A stretch of DNA of 64,000 nucleotides from an uncultured bacterium (GTDB lineage: Bacteria; Bacteroidota; Bacteroidia; Bacteroidales; CAIWKO01), in NCBI GenBank assembly GCA_903862465.1, contig CAIOYH010000010.1:18998-82997 (forward strand), given 5' to 3'. Shown here one piece after another: positions 55,784 through 64,000 of this stretch (positions within the stretch are counted from its first letter, which is position 1; every line of letters begins with the position of its first letter). The notes under the pieces were generated by a model. The model saw only the letters and a list, made by a program, of their open reading frames with translations, made no database searches and had not been told where the DNA came from. The position numbers were made by a program, and so were the translations under genes.

Positions 55784-57265
55784 TTGAATCCATTACGAAA
55801 ATTAGCGGGACAAACTGCCATCTACGGAACAAGCACCATCGTTGCTCGTCTGTTGATATATTTTTTGGTTCCCATACATACCCGCATCTTTAGTACTGCG
55901 GAATATGGCGTTGTGGGTTATATGTATGCATATGTGGCTCTGTTGCTCGTGTTGTTGACCTATGGCATGGAAACGGCATTTTTTCGCTATTACGACAACA
56001 AAGCCCAAGATCGCGACCGCATTTATGGCACCACGCTGCTCTCCCTAGTAGGCACCTCATTGGTGTTTGTCATTGTCATGATAGTGATGGCGCAACCCAT
56101 AGCAAAGCTCATCGGTTTTCCAAAGCATAGCGAATATGTCATTTGGTTTGCCCTCATGATAGTTTTCGATGCCATCTGCACCATTCCCTTTGCCCGTCTG
56201 CGCGCCATCAATCGTCCTAAGATGTTTGCATTCATCAAAATATTCACCATCGGGGTGTGTTTTCTGCTCAATATCATATTCTTGTATGTGTTGCCTTATT
56301 TATATCGCCACAATATCCTGATGAGTGTGGTATCGTTTATATATAATCCTGCCGTAGGTGTTGGCTATATTTTTATTGCCAATTTGATTTCATCGGGCTT
56401 AACGCTCCTGCTTCTCTTGGTTTTGCTTCCACATCGAAAACTATCGTTCGACTTCGCTATTTGGAAACGCATGTTGAAATATGCCTTACCGCTCTTGATT
56501 TTCGGATTGGCAGGCAATATCAACGAAACCTTCGACCGTATTTTGTTGCCAAATCTCCTGCCGCCCGATATTGCTATGTCGCAAGTGGGGATTTATTCTG
56601 CATGTTACAAAATATCCATCCTAATGACCATCGTCATTCAAGGCTTTAAATATGCCGCCGAGCCTTTCTTTTTTTCCTATGCCAAAGAAAATGATGCCAA
56701 AAAAGTCTATGCTGATGTGATGAAATATTTTGTCATAGTCTGTTCTGTTATATTTTTAGGTGTGATGCTCTATATGGATTTGGTGAAACATTTCGTGGGC
56801 AAAGATTTTTACGAAGGTTTAACCGTAGTTCCGATATTGCTTTTGGCAAATATGTTTCTAGGTATATTCTATAATTTATCTATATGGTATAAACTTACAG
56901 ATAAAACACGTTTCGGAGCCTATTTATCTATTTTTGGAGCTATCATCACGCTTTCATTAAACTTTTTGTTGATACCCATCATGGGATATATGGGTTCTGC
57001 ATGGGCAACTTTTGCGTGCTACACTTCCATGATGATAGCCTCCTATTTCATCGGACAAAAACATTATCCTGTGAACTATAATTTACGGAAAATCATACTC
57101 TTTTTTGGACTTGCCCTAGGGTTTTATTTTATTTCGTTAGCTATCAAAATTGATAATCTTGCTATACGACTCATGGTGCGAACTTTTATCTTTTTAGTTT
57201 ATCTTTATATCATCCTATATTTTGAACGACCTTCCTTACTAAAATTAAAAAAAACCGACCTATGA
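55784..57265 (+). CDS. Polysaccharide biosynthesis protein / oligosaccharide flippase (MOP/Wzx-like)
   Basis: 493 aa with about 14 TM segments. TTG start; the N-terminus [18 protein letters not shown] is typical of this family. Confidence 0.85.
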   Translation: MNPLRKLAGQTAIYGTSTIVARLLIYFLVPIHTRIFSTAEYGVVGYMYAYVALLLVLLTYGMETAFFRYYDNKAQDRDRIYGTTLLSLVGTSLVFVIVMIVMAQPIAKLIGFPKHSEYVIWFALMIVFDAICTIPFARLRAINRPKMFAFIKIFTIGVCFLLNIIFLYVLPYLYRHNILMSVVSFIYNPAVGVGYIFIANLISSGLTLLLLLVLLPHRKLSFDFAIWKRMLKYALPLLIFGLAGNINETFDRILLPNLLPPDIAMSQVGIYSACYKISILMTIVIQGFKYAAEPFFFSYAKENDAKKVYADVMKYFVIVCSVIFLGVMLYMDLVKHFVGKDFYEGLTVVPILLLANMFLGIFYNLSIWYKLTDKTRFGAYLSIFGAIITLSLNFLLIPIMGYMGSAWATFACYTSMMIASYFIGQKHYPVNYNLRKIILFFGLALGFYFISLAIKIDNLAIRLMVRTFIFLVYLYIILYFERPSLLKLKKTDL

Positions 57266-57696
57266 TACTGAAAATTGTCAATCAATCAAAACATCCCTTG
57301 CCTCAATACGAAACAGAAGCTTCAGCCGGCATGGACCTACGTGCTAACCTCGGAGAACCCATAATATTGAAACCATTGCAGCGCGCCTTAGTGCCCACAG
57401 GACTCTTCATTGAGTTGCCCATAGGCTATGAAGCTCAAGTGCGTCCACGCAGCGGTTTGGCATTCAAGTTCGGGGTAACAGTATTGAACTCACCGGGGAC
57501 CATAGATGCCGATTATCGTGGCGAAATAAAAGTGATTTTAGTAAACCTTTCTTCCGACGATTTCATGGTTAACGATGGTGAGCGTATAGCCCAAATGATA
57601 ATTTCTAAACATGAAAAAGCTGAACTGATTGAAGCCGATTCTTTGGAAGAAACAAAAAGAGGAGCCGGCGGATTTGGTCATACGGGTCATAAATAA
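57262..57696 (+). CDS. dut: dUTP diphosphatase
   Basis: 144 aa. [21 protein letters not shown] and [10 protein letters not shown] motifs. ATGA start-stop overlap with the flippase gene. Confidence 0.95.
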   Translation: MILKIVNQSKHPLPQYETEASAGMDLRANLGEPIILKPLQRALVPTGLFIELPIGYEAQVRPRSGLAFKFGVTVLNSPGTIDADYRGEIKVILVNLSSDDFMVNDGERIAQMIISKHEKAELIEADSLEETKRGAGGFGHTGHK

Positions 57697-57895
57697 AAAG
57701 AATGGTTAGGATTTGCCAAAATTCATAGATTTTCATTTCTTAAAAGATGTTAAAAGATGAAGACGAGAAAAAACATATTTACTTGACATTTAATATCATA
57801 GAATATTGTTGAAAAAAAAAGTAATAAAATTCCTTTGCCATATCATAACAAATAACTTCCTTTGCATCCTTGTTAAACAAATAAAATATAAAATT

Positions 57896-58132
57896 ATGTC
57901 AGAAATTTCAACAAAAGTAATTGCTATTATAGTAGATAAACTAGGCGTTGACGAAAACGAAGTTACTCCTGAAGCTAGCTTCACAAATGATTTAGGTGCT
58001 GATTCTCTTGACACTGTTGAATTAATTATGGAATTCGAAAAAGAATTCAACATTGCAATTCCCGATGAAGAAGCCGAAAAAATAGGTACTGTTGGCGACG
58101 CCATCACTTACATTGAGAACAACACAAAGTAA
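57896..58132 (+). CDS. acpP: Acyl carrier protein
   Basis: Start moved to [25 protein letters not shown] is the phosphopantetheine attachment motif. Confidence 0.95.
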   Translation: MSEISTKVIAIIVDKLGVDENEVTPEASFTNDLGADSLDTVELIMEFEKEFNIAIPDEEAEKIGTVGDAITYIENNTK

Positions 58133-58141
58133 GTAAACTAC

Positions 58142-59395
58142 ATGGAATTAAGACGAGTTGTTGTTACTGGTCTTGGTGCAATAACTCCTATAGGCAATAA
58201 CCTCAATGAATATTGGGATTCATTGCTTAATGGGGTTAGTGGTGCTGCGCCTATTACCCGTTTTGATGCATCAAAATTTAAAACGCAGTTTGCTTGCGAA
58301 GTTAAAAATTACGATCCCAATAATTATTTCGACCGAAAAGAAGGTCGAAAATTAGACCTTTATGCCCATTTTGCGCTCATTTCTACAGATGAAGCAATTA
58401 AAGACTCTGGTTTAGATCTCACTAAAATAGATTTAAATCGTGCTGGTGTTATTTGGGGTTCGGGTATTGGTGGAATCGAAACCTTTATGGAAGAAGTTAG
58501 TGCTTACGCCAAAGGCGACGGAACTCCACGTTTCAGCCCATTCTTCATTCCGAAAATGATTGTCGATATTGCCTCTGGGCATATTTCGATTAAATTCGGA
58601 TTCAGAGGTCCCAATTTTACGACCACTTCTGCTTGTGCTTCCTCAACCAATGCCCTGATAGATGCATTCAATTACATCCGTTTGGGCAAAGCTAATGTTA
58701 TGATTTCGGGTGGTTCAGAAGCAGCTATCGTAACAGGTGCTGTTGGCGGATTCAATGCTATGCATGCCTTATCTACACGTAATGACGACCCTTCAACGGC
58801 TTCCCGTCCATTTGATAAAGACCGCGAAGGTTTTGTTATGGGTGAAGGCGGAAGTGCTCTAATTTTTGAAGAATTGAATCATGCGCTAGCACGTGGCGCA
58901 AAAATTTATTGCGAAGTTGCGGGTGGGGGTTTATCTGCCGACGCATTCCATATCACTCAGCCTCATGCTGATGGTGATGGTGCTTATCTCGTAATGAAAA
59001 ATGCATTGGAAGATGCTGAACTACTGCCTGAAGATATTGATTATATCAATACACATGGAACATCCACACCCCTCGGAGATATTGCAGAATGTAAAGCTAT
59101 AATCCGTGCTTTTGGCGATCACGCTTACAAATTAAATATCGGCTCAACCAAATCAATGACAGGTCATTTATTGGGTGGTGCTGGAGCAATCGAATCTGTG
59201 GCAACAGTTTTAGCTGTAAAACACGATATTGTTCCCCCTACTATCAACCATTTTACAGATGACCCTGAACTTGACCATAATTTGAATTTTACTTTCCATA
59301 AAAGTCAACAGCGAACAGTTAGGGCTGCGCTTTGCAACACATTTGGATTTGGTGGGCACAACGCTTGCGTAATCTTCAAAAAATATAATGGTTAA
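58142..59395 (+). CDS. fabF: Beta-ketoacyl-ACP synthase II
   Basis: 417 aa. Active-site TTSACASS, HGTSTPLGD and GHLLGGAG motifs. Confidence 0.95.
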   Translation: MELRRVVVTGLGAITPIGNNLNEYWDSLLNGVSGAAPITRFDASKFKTQFACEVKNYDPNNYFDRKEGRKLDLYAHFALISTDEAIKDSGLDLTKIDLNRAGVIWGSGIGGIETFMEEVSAYAKGDGTPRFSPFFIPKMIVDIASGHISIKFGFRGPNFTTTSACASSTNALIDAFNYIRLGKANVMISGGSEAAIVTGAVGGFNAMHALSTRNDDPSTASRPFDKDREGFVMGEGGSALIFEELNHALARGAKIYCEVAGGGLSADAFHITQPHADGDGAYLVMKNALEDAELLPEDIDYINTHGTSTPLGDIAECKAIIRAFGDHAYKLNIGSTKSMTGHLLGGAGAIESVATVLAVKHDIVPPTINHFTDDPELDHNLNFTFHKSQQRTVRAALCNTFGFGGHNACVIFKKYNG

Positions 59396-59475
59396 TCCTT
59401 TTTCTTACGCTTACTAACAAAGAATTATCTAAGTCTATAAAGAACATTCTCGGCTTTAAACCGAGTAATATTCGT

Positions 59476-60099
59476 TTGTACCAATTAGCCTTTCTTCATC
59501 GTTCTGTTGCACAAGAAATGATTAAAGGGTTCAAAAATTCAAACGAACGTCTCGAATATCTAGGCGATGCAGTGCTTAGTTCTGTCATCGCCGATTTTCT
59601 TTTCCACAAATATCCATTAAAGGATGAGGGTTTCTTAACAGAAATGCGTTCCAAACTTGTCAGCCGCTCTAACCTAAACAAACTTGCCCAAAAAATGGGG
59701 TTCGATAAGCTTATCAATACAGAACAAGAGAACAACAATGTCTATCGTTCCAAAAATGGAGATGCTTTTGAAGCTATCATTGGCGCTATTTATTTGGATA
59801 AAGGCTATAAGTTTGCACAAAAAATCATTGTAAACCGTATTATTAAATGTTATGTTGACATAGAAGAACTCGAAAACAAAGAGTTTAACTATAAGAGTGT
59901 GTTGATTGAACTTGCTCAGCGTGAAAAGAAATCTATTGACTTTAAAGTTATAGAAGAAAGCGGAAAGGGCTACAACAAGCAGTATTTGGTTGCCGTACAC
60001 TACAACGACAAACTAATAGCTAAAGCCTACGGATACTCTATTAAACAAGCCGAACAGAGTGGTGCCGAAAAGGCTTGTGCAGTACTAAATCCTGCATAA
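59476..60099 (+). CDS. rnc: Ribonuclease III (start uncertain; the conserved N-terminus appears to extend upstream)
   Basis: NERLEYLGDAVL signature and a C-terminal dsRBD (YKSVLIELAQ...AEQSGAEKA). The frame stays open back to 59389 and encodes ..ILGFKPSNIRLYQLAFLHRS, but there is no ATG, GTG or TTG before 59476. Confidence 0.88.
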   Translation: MYQLAFLHRSVAQEMIKGFKNSNERLEYLGDAVLSSVIADFLFHKYPLKDEGFLTEMRSKLVSRSNLNKLAQKMGFDKLINTEQENNNVYRSKNGDAFEAIIGAIYLDKGYKFAQKIIVNRIIKCYVDIEELENKEFNYKSVLIELAQREKKSIDFKVIEESGKGYNKQYLVAVHYNDKLIAKAYGYSIKQAEQSGAEKACAVLNPA

Positions 60100-60173
60100 T
60101 TTTTGAATACGATTTTTCATTGAGGATACAGTATTATATCTGTTTCGGTTTGAAAATGTTACAAAACAATATT

Positions 60174-60686
60174 TCAATGTTTTTTTACAATGATTTCAGG
60201 CACTGAAATTATATTACTTACATGCAAATTTCGGTCGGCAATACTTGCGTAAAATTTTATGGTATCGTAAACGGAAAACGGGTTGTTGAAATACATTTCA
60301 ATTTCAATTTCTCCTCTAGTAGCCTTGTTAGTCCCACTAATATTAATTATAGGAATTCTTGAATTGAACGTTACAGCAGGGGTCACTTCAACAAATTGCC
60401 CATGCTGCTTTTCATAATAGGTAATAAAAAAATTGTAGTAGTAAATACTTGTTTTATCATAGGGGGCAATTGTATCACCATCCGAAAGACCAATATCGCC
60501 ATCACCATCTGTAAAAGATATTTTTAAGACACCTTTATCATCAATTGCCGAAGAATTTTGTATTTTTGTAAAACTTATATATTCGATGTGCGGTTCAACA
60601 GGGAACTTTTCTTGCTTAGTACACGAATTTAGTATCAACACAAAAAGAAGTAAAAACAAAATAACAGGTAGTGATTTTTTTTTCAT
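60174..60686 (-). CDS. Hypothetical lipoprotein
   Basis: Start moved to MKKKSLPVILFLLLFVLILNSC (lipobox). The DGDGDIGLSDGD stretch is calcium-binding-like. Confidence 0.6.
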   Translation of the reverse strand: MKKKSLPVILFLLLFVLILNSCTKQEKFPVEPHIEYISFTKIQNSSAIDDKGVLKISFTDGDGDIGLSDGDTIAPYDKTSIYYYNFFITYYEKQHGQFVEVTPAVTFNSRIPIINISGTNKATRGEIEIEMYFNNPFSVYDTIKFYASIADRNLHVSNIISVPEIIVKKH

Positions 60687-60738
60687 TGGACATATAATTA
60701 ATAACTCAAGCATAAAATTACTATAAAAAAACGACATA

Positions 60739-61725
60739 ATGGACATTGAAAAAATAAAAACTCAAATTTTCGCAATACAGTCCCTATCTGATTTTAACGA
60801 ATTAGCATTACAAATATTTCATTTCCAATATAAAAACAATTTGGTTTATCGTAATTTTGTTGATTTCCTTGGGATTAATAGTCAAAAAATAAATGACTAT
60901 AAAGAGATTCCATGCTTACCTATTGAGTTTTTTAAAACACAAATCATTGCCTCAGTTCCTTTTCACCCTGAAATAACCTTTCAAAGCAGCGGCACTACAG
61001 ATACCGTGAAAAGTAAAAGTCTTGTTTTCTCAAAATCATTATACGAGGACAGTATCTACAACACCTTCTACTCCTTTTATGGCAATCCGAACAACTATAT
61101 CATTGCAGCATTGACTCCCGATAATCTAAACTCACCGAACTCTTCATTAGCATATATGCTCAATTTTCTCATCAAGAAAACTGAAAATAATGATAGTGGC
61201 TTTTATTTAAACAAAGAGGAGGAACTTTTAGAAATCATCCAAAGTAATCCTCATTCCAAAATAATTTTATTTGGTGTAACCTATGCCTTAATTAATTTTG
61301 CAGAACATTATCCTCTTGCGGCTGATAACTTACTTGTGATTGAAACAGGTGGTATGAAAGGTCAAATGAAAGAAATGACCCGAAATGAAGTCCATTCATT
61401 TTTGTCACAGAAACTAAGCTCTCAGGTCAACTCAGAGTATAGCATGGCAGAACTTATGTCACAAGCCTATTCCATCCACCATGGTATATTTAAGGCTCCT
61501 TCATGGATGCAAATCCGAATAAGAGATATTTATGATCCATTATACATGCTAGGACAAAAAAAATCAGGGGGAATTGATATTATTGATTTGGCAAATATCT
61601 ATACTTGTTCATTTATTTCAACAAAAGATATAGGTATTATGCACGACAATTTCACTTTTGAAGTCTTAGGACGTTATGATTTTAGTGATATCAGAGGATG
61701 TAATTTGATGCAAAATGCGTTTTAA
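60739..61725 (+). CDS. LuxE/PaaK-like acyl-protein synthetase / acyl transferase family protein
   Basis: 328 aa. FQSSGTTD adenylate-forming-like motif. The N-terminus FHFQYKNNLVYRNFVDFL is typical of the Bacteroidota proteins annotated as acyl transferase. Confidence 0.65.
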   Translation: MDIEKIKTQIFAIQSLSDFNELALQIFHFQYKNNLVYRNFVDFLGINSQKINDYKEIPCLPIEFFKTQIIASVPFHPEITFQSSGTTDTVKSKSLVFSKSLYEDSIYNTFYSFYGNPNNYIIAALTPDNLNSPNSSLAYMLNFLIKKTENNDSGFYLNKEEELLEIIQSNPHSKIILFGVTYALINFAEHYPLAADNLLVIETGGMKGQMKEMTRNEVHSFLSQKLSSQVNSEYSMAELMSQAYSIHHGIFKAPSWMQIRIRDIYDPLYMLGQKKSGGIDIIDLANIYTCSFISTKDIGIMHDNFTFEVLGRYDFSDIRGCNLMQNAF

Positions 61726-61794
61726 ATTTATATAATGTCTTTTATTTCAAAAATTGTTTATATATTTGTACCCTATTTCTGAAAAAAATTAAAT

Positions 61795-62019
61795 ATGAAA
61801 AAATTATTATTCGTTGCAATTGCAATAGCTATTTCGTTCTCATTCGTATCATGCAAAAAATGTGTTACTTGTAAATACGAATATGACTATAAAGGTCAAA
61901 CACAAGAAGTCACTTACCCACAAGAGTGTGGAACTAGTAAACAAATAAAAGACTTCAAAGCAAATGTTGAATCAGATGCTAATCGTCATGGTGTTTCATC
62001 AACATGCACCACGAATTGA
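61795..62019 (+). CDS. Small Cys-rich putative lipoprotein
   Basis: 74 aa. Signal plus SFVSCKKC. A candidate -7 box TATATTTG is at about 61763. Confidence 0.5.
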   Translation: MKKLLFVAIAIAISFSFVSCKKCVTCKYEYDYKGQTQEVTYPQECGTSKQIKDFKANVESDANRHGVSSTCTTN

Positions 62020-62042
62020 TAGATAGCATGTCCTAACAAAAC

Positions 62043-62369
62043 ATGTTTTATAAGATTGCGAAACTATATCTTATAGTTTCTGCGGCTATAATGGTTTCAA
62101 CAGTTATTGCCGCTCTATTTTCATACAAAAGTCTTCAAGAATTTTGTATCTGCGCGTCTAATAAACTTGCGTATGCATGGATATTGTTATGTATTACAAT
62201 AGTGTTTTGTGGCATTAGTCTACTACTATATGCAAAAAAAGGAGACAATTTATTGTCTCCTTTCTCTAAAAACTTACTGTTTTATTCAGCTCTATTTCAA
62301 ACTGCATGTTTTATAACGGCACTAATTTTTGTTGTCCTTTTTGCTGCAAAAATTATTAACGTCATTTGA
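62043..62369 (+). CDS. Small membrane protein (3 TM segments)
   Basis: 108 aa, hydrophobic. No recognised domain. Confidence 0.5.
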   Translation: MFYKIAKLYLIVSAAIMVSTVIAALFSYKSLQEFCICASNKLAYAWILLCITIVFCGISLLLYAKKGDNLLSPFSKNLLFYSALFQTACFITALIFVVLFAAKIINVI

Positions 62370-62380
62370 CCTATTAGAAA

Positions 62381-62872
62381 CTACCAAACAGAATTAGTAA
62401 TAAAATCTAATACTGTATAAACACTATTTACTAAAGCATTTGTAGTAATAATATTTGTTCCGCTTTGGTTTTCAAACTTAATCTCCAAATAGCGCGATTG
62501 ATCATTATGTAGGCTCTGTAAGGCTTCATTTTTCGCAGTATAATCAGGAAAGATTTTATAATAGGTTGTTCCATCTTGGGTAGTCGTAATTCCATCACGA
62601 ACGACAACTTTCAAGTTCTGTCCAATTTCTTGAATATTCAAATTATTCCACACTAAATTTCCTGCATCCATAACATCAGGACGACCCCACGCCAACATTA
62701 ATTTCTTTCTAAATTCCTCGTAATTAAAATAGGTAATAATAAATGTACGGCTCGTGTCCGCTTGGTTATACTGAATATGTGTATTAACCGTCAACCCACT
62801 TGTGGTCGTATGTTGACTGAATCCGTTATATCCAATAAAAACCACTATTAAGATAAAAATTATTTTTTTCAT
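62381..62872 (-). CDS. Secreted hypothetical protein
   Basis: 163 aa. Signal peptide MKKIIFILIVVFIGYNGFSQ. Confidence 0.6.
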   Translation of the reverse strand: MKKIIFILIVVFIGYNGFSQHTTTSGLTVNTHIQYNQADTSRTFIITYFNYEEFRKKLMLAWGRPDVMDAGNLVWNNLNIQEIGQNLKVVVRDGITTTQDGTTYYKIFPDYTAKNEALQSLHNDQSRYLEIKFENQSGTNIITTNALVNSVYTVLDFITNSVW

Positions 62873-62936
62873 AAAGTTTGAATGTTTTATTATTTAATTA
62901 AAATATCAATTTTAATATGCATCAATCCGATTAGAA

Positions 62937-64000
62937 CTATTTTATAAGTGCAACACTACCCTTATACGCATGATATTTACGATTTATATCATAGAAGGAA
63001 ATGAACCATGAATAAATACCTTGCTCAGCAAATTTACCACTAATTTTTCCATCCCATCCCATTTCCATATCTCTGCTAAAGCAAACTTGTTCGCCCCATC
63101 TATCGTAAATACGCATTTCAAAAGTTCCCAAATTCACTCCTTCGCCTAAAGGCGCAAATCTTTGATTTTTATCATCACTATTAGGCGTAAATGCGTTAGG
63201 AATATAGAAAGCAAAATTGGGCTCAACATAAACTTGTCTAACTGAAGTATCAGAGCAGCCATAATCAGAAAACACGATTAAAGTAGGATAATACATTCCG
63301 GTATCAGCATATATATGAGTAGGATTCTGCAATGAAGAATTGTTTCCTGCAATATTAAGTTCTCCAAAAGTCCAATTCCAAACATCAGCACCAATAGATT
63401 GGTCGGTAAACCATACTAAAGCATCCAATTCATTCACAATTTCAGGTGTCACTGAAAAATCAGCAACAGGTATCGGATGGGTAATTATATACCCAGGATA
63501 GGTTGTCCCCATTGTACAACCATCAATAGTTACTACTGATAATGAAACATCGTATGTTCCGGCACTTGCAAAATAATGAAATGGATCTTGCAAGGTTGAA
63601 CTATTACCATAAATAATATTGTCCCCAAAGGTCCAATGCCATATTCCAACAGCAGGTGTAGTCAAATCTTGGAAATTTACTCTTAGCCCCTGACAGCCCT
63701 CTCTAATATCAGCAGTAAACGCAACCGTGGGTAATGGGCTTACTACTAAAGTATAATCAGCCGTACTCACACATCCATTATTATCAGCAACAAGTGTATA
63801 TGTCGTTGTAGCACTTGGAGAAGCAAGCGTAGTCTGTGTATTTGGACTTGTCAAGCCATTTGTTGGCAACCAAGCATAACTAGGCGAAACAAAACTTGTG
63901 GTTAGTTCAGCAGTATCTCCCGGACAAATATGATCATGATTGGAAGTAATTGAAATAAGTGGAGCAGGAAATACAATAACTGTAACCGCTGTGCTTCCTG
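62937..64000 (-). CDS. PKD-repeat protein with gliding-motility-associated (CHU_C / T9SS type B) C-terminal domain; N-terminus lies beyond the window end
   Basis: The frame is open from 64000 (..ICPGDTAELTTSFVSPSYAWLPTNGL..). There are two PKD-like repeats (WHWTFGDN, WNWTFGE). The C-terminus FYIPNAFTPNSDDKNQRFAP...RIYDRWGEQV...GWDGK..G.YSW is the type B sorting domain. Confidence 0.85.
   Translation of the reverse strand, partial: GSTAVTVIVFPAPLISITSNHDHICPGDTAELTTSFVSPSYAWLPTNGLTSPNTQTTLASPSATTTYTLVADNNGCVSTADYTLVVSPLPTVAFTADIREGCQGLRVNFQDLTTPAVGIWHWTFGDNIIYGNSSTLQDPFHYFASAGTYDVSLSVVTIDGCTMGTTYPGYIITHPIPVADFSVTPEIVNELDALVWFTDQSIGADVWNWTFGELNIAGNNSSLQNPTHIYADTGMYYPTLIVFSDYGCSDTSVRQVYVEPNFAFYIPNAFTPNSDDKNQRFAPLGEGVNLGTFEMRIYDRWGEQVCFSRDMEMGWDGKISGKFAEQGIYSWFISFYDINRKYHAYKGSVALIK

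Overview
The window looks like a chromosomal segment from a Bacteroidota bacterium. Evidence for this: T9SS type A and type B C-terminal sorting domains, TAnnTTTG -7 promoter boxes, a short ATP synthase epsilon subunit, and an atpDC pair separate from the rest of the atp genes. The backbone is ordinary housekeeping: ahpC, ribF, atpDC, fba, tsaB, a TolC/adaptor efflux pair, gpmI, hflX, trpS, folB, glnS with tRNA-Gln, dut, acpP-fabF-rnc, and tRNA-Leu. There are also a two-component system and several T9SS cargo proteins.

The non-coding DNA is the unusual part. There are at least six tandem arrays with a strict 21-bp period, each 7-15 units long and each with its own unrelated consensus. Three arrays lie 80-200 bp upstream of orphan genes, and a fourth lies downstream of another. 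Two of these four genes (11546-12286 and 29914-30648) are clear paralogues. All four end in a beta-sandwich-like C-terminal domain (FN3-like in three, Ig/CarboxypepD_reg-like in 22289-23182). I consider this array-plus-orphan-gene module the best candidate for an undescribed system.

Other observations:
- A dispersed ~40-nt hairpin element at the 3' ends of four + strand genes.
- Clusters of tiny GC hairpins and simple-sequence word blocks at gene ends.
- An integrase-less accessory island next to tRNA-Gln. It carries an Mrr-like nuclease gene trio, a G+C-rich structured intergenic element, a homopolymer-split gene and a decayed toxin-antitoxin pair.
- A visible G+C mosaic among core genes.

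No CRISPR array, cas genes, rRNA, transposase or integrase was seen. All functional calls come from motif recognition by eye; no searches were run.
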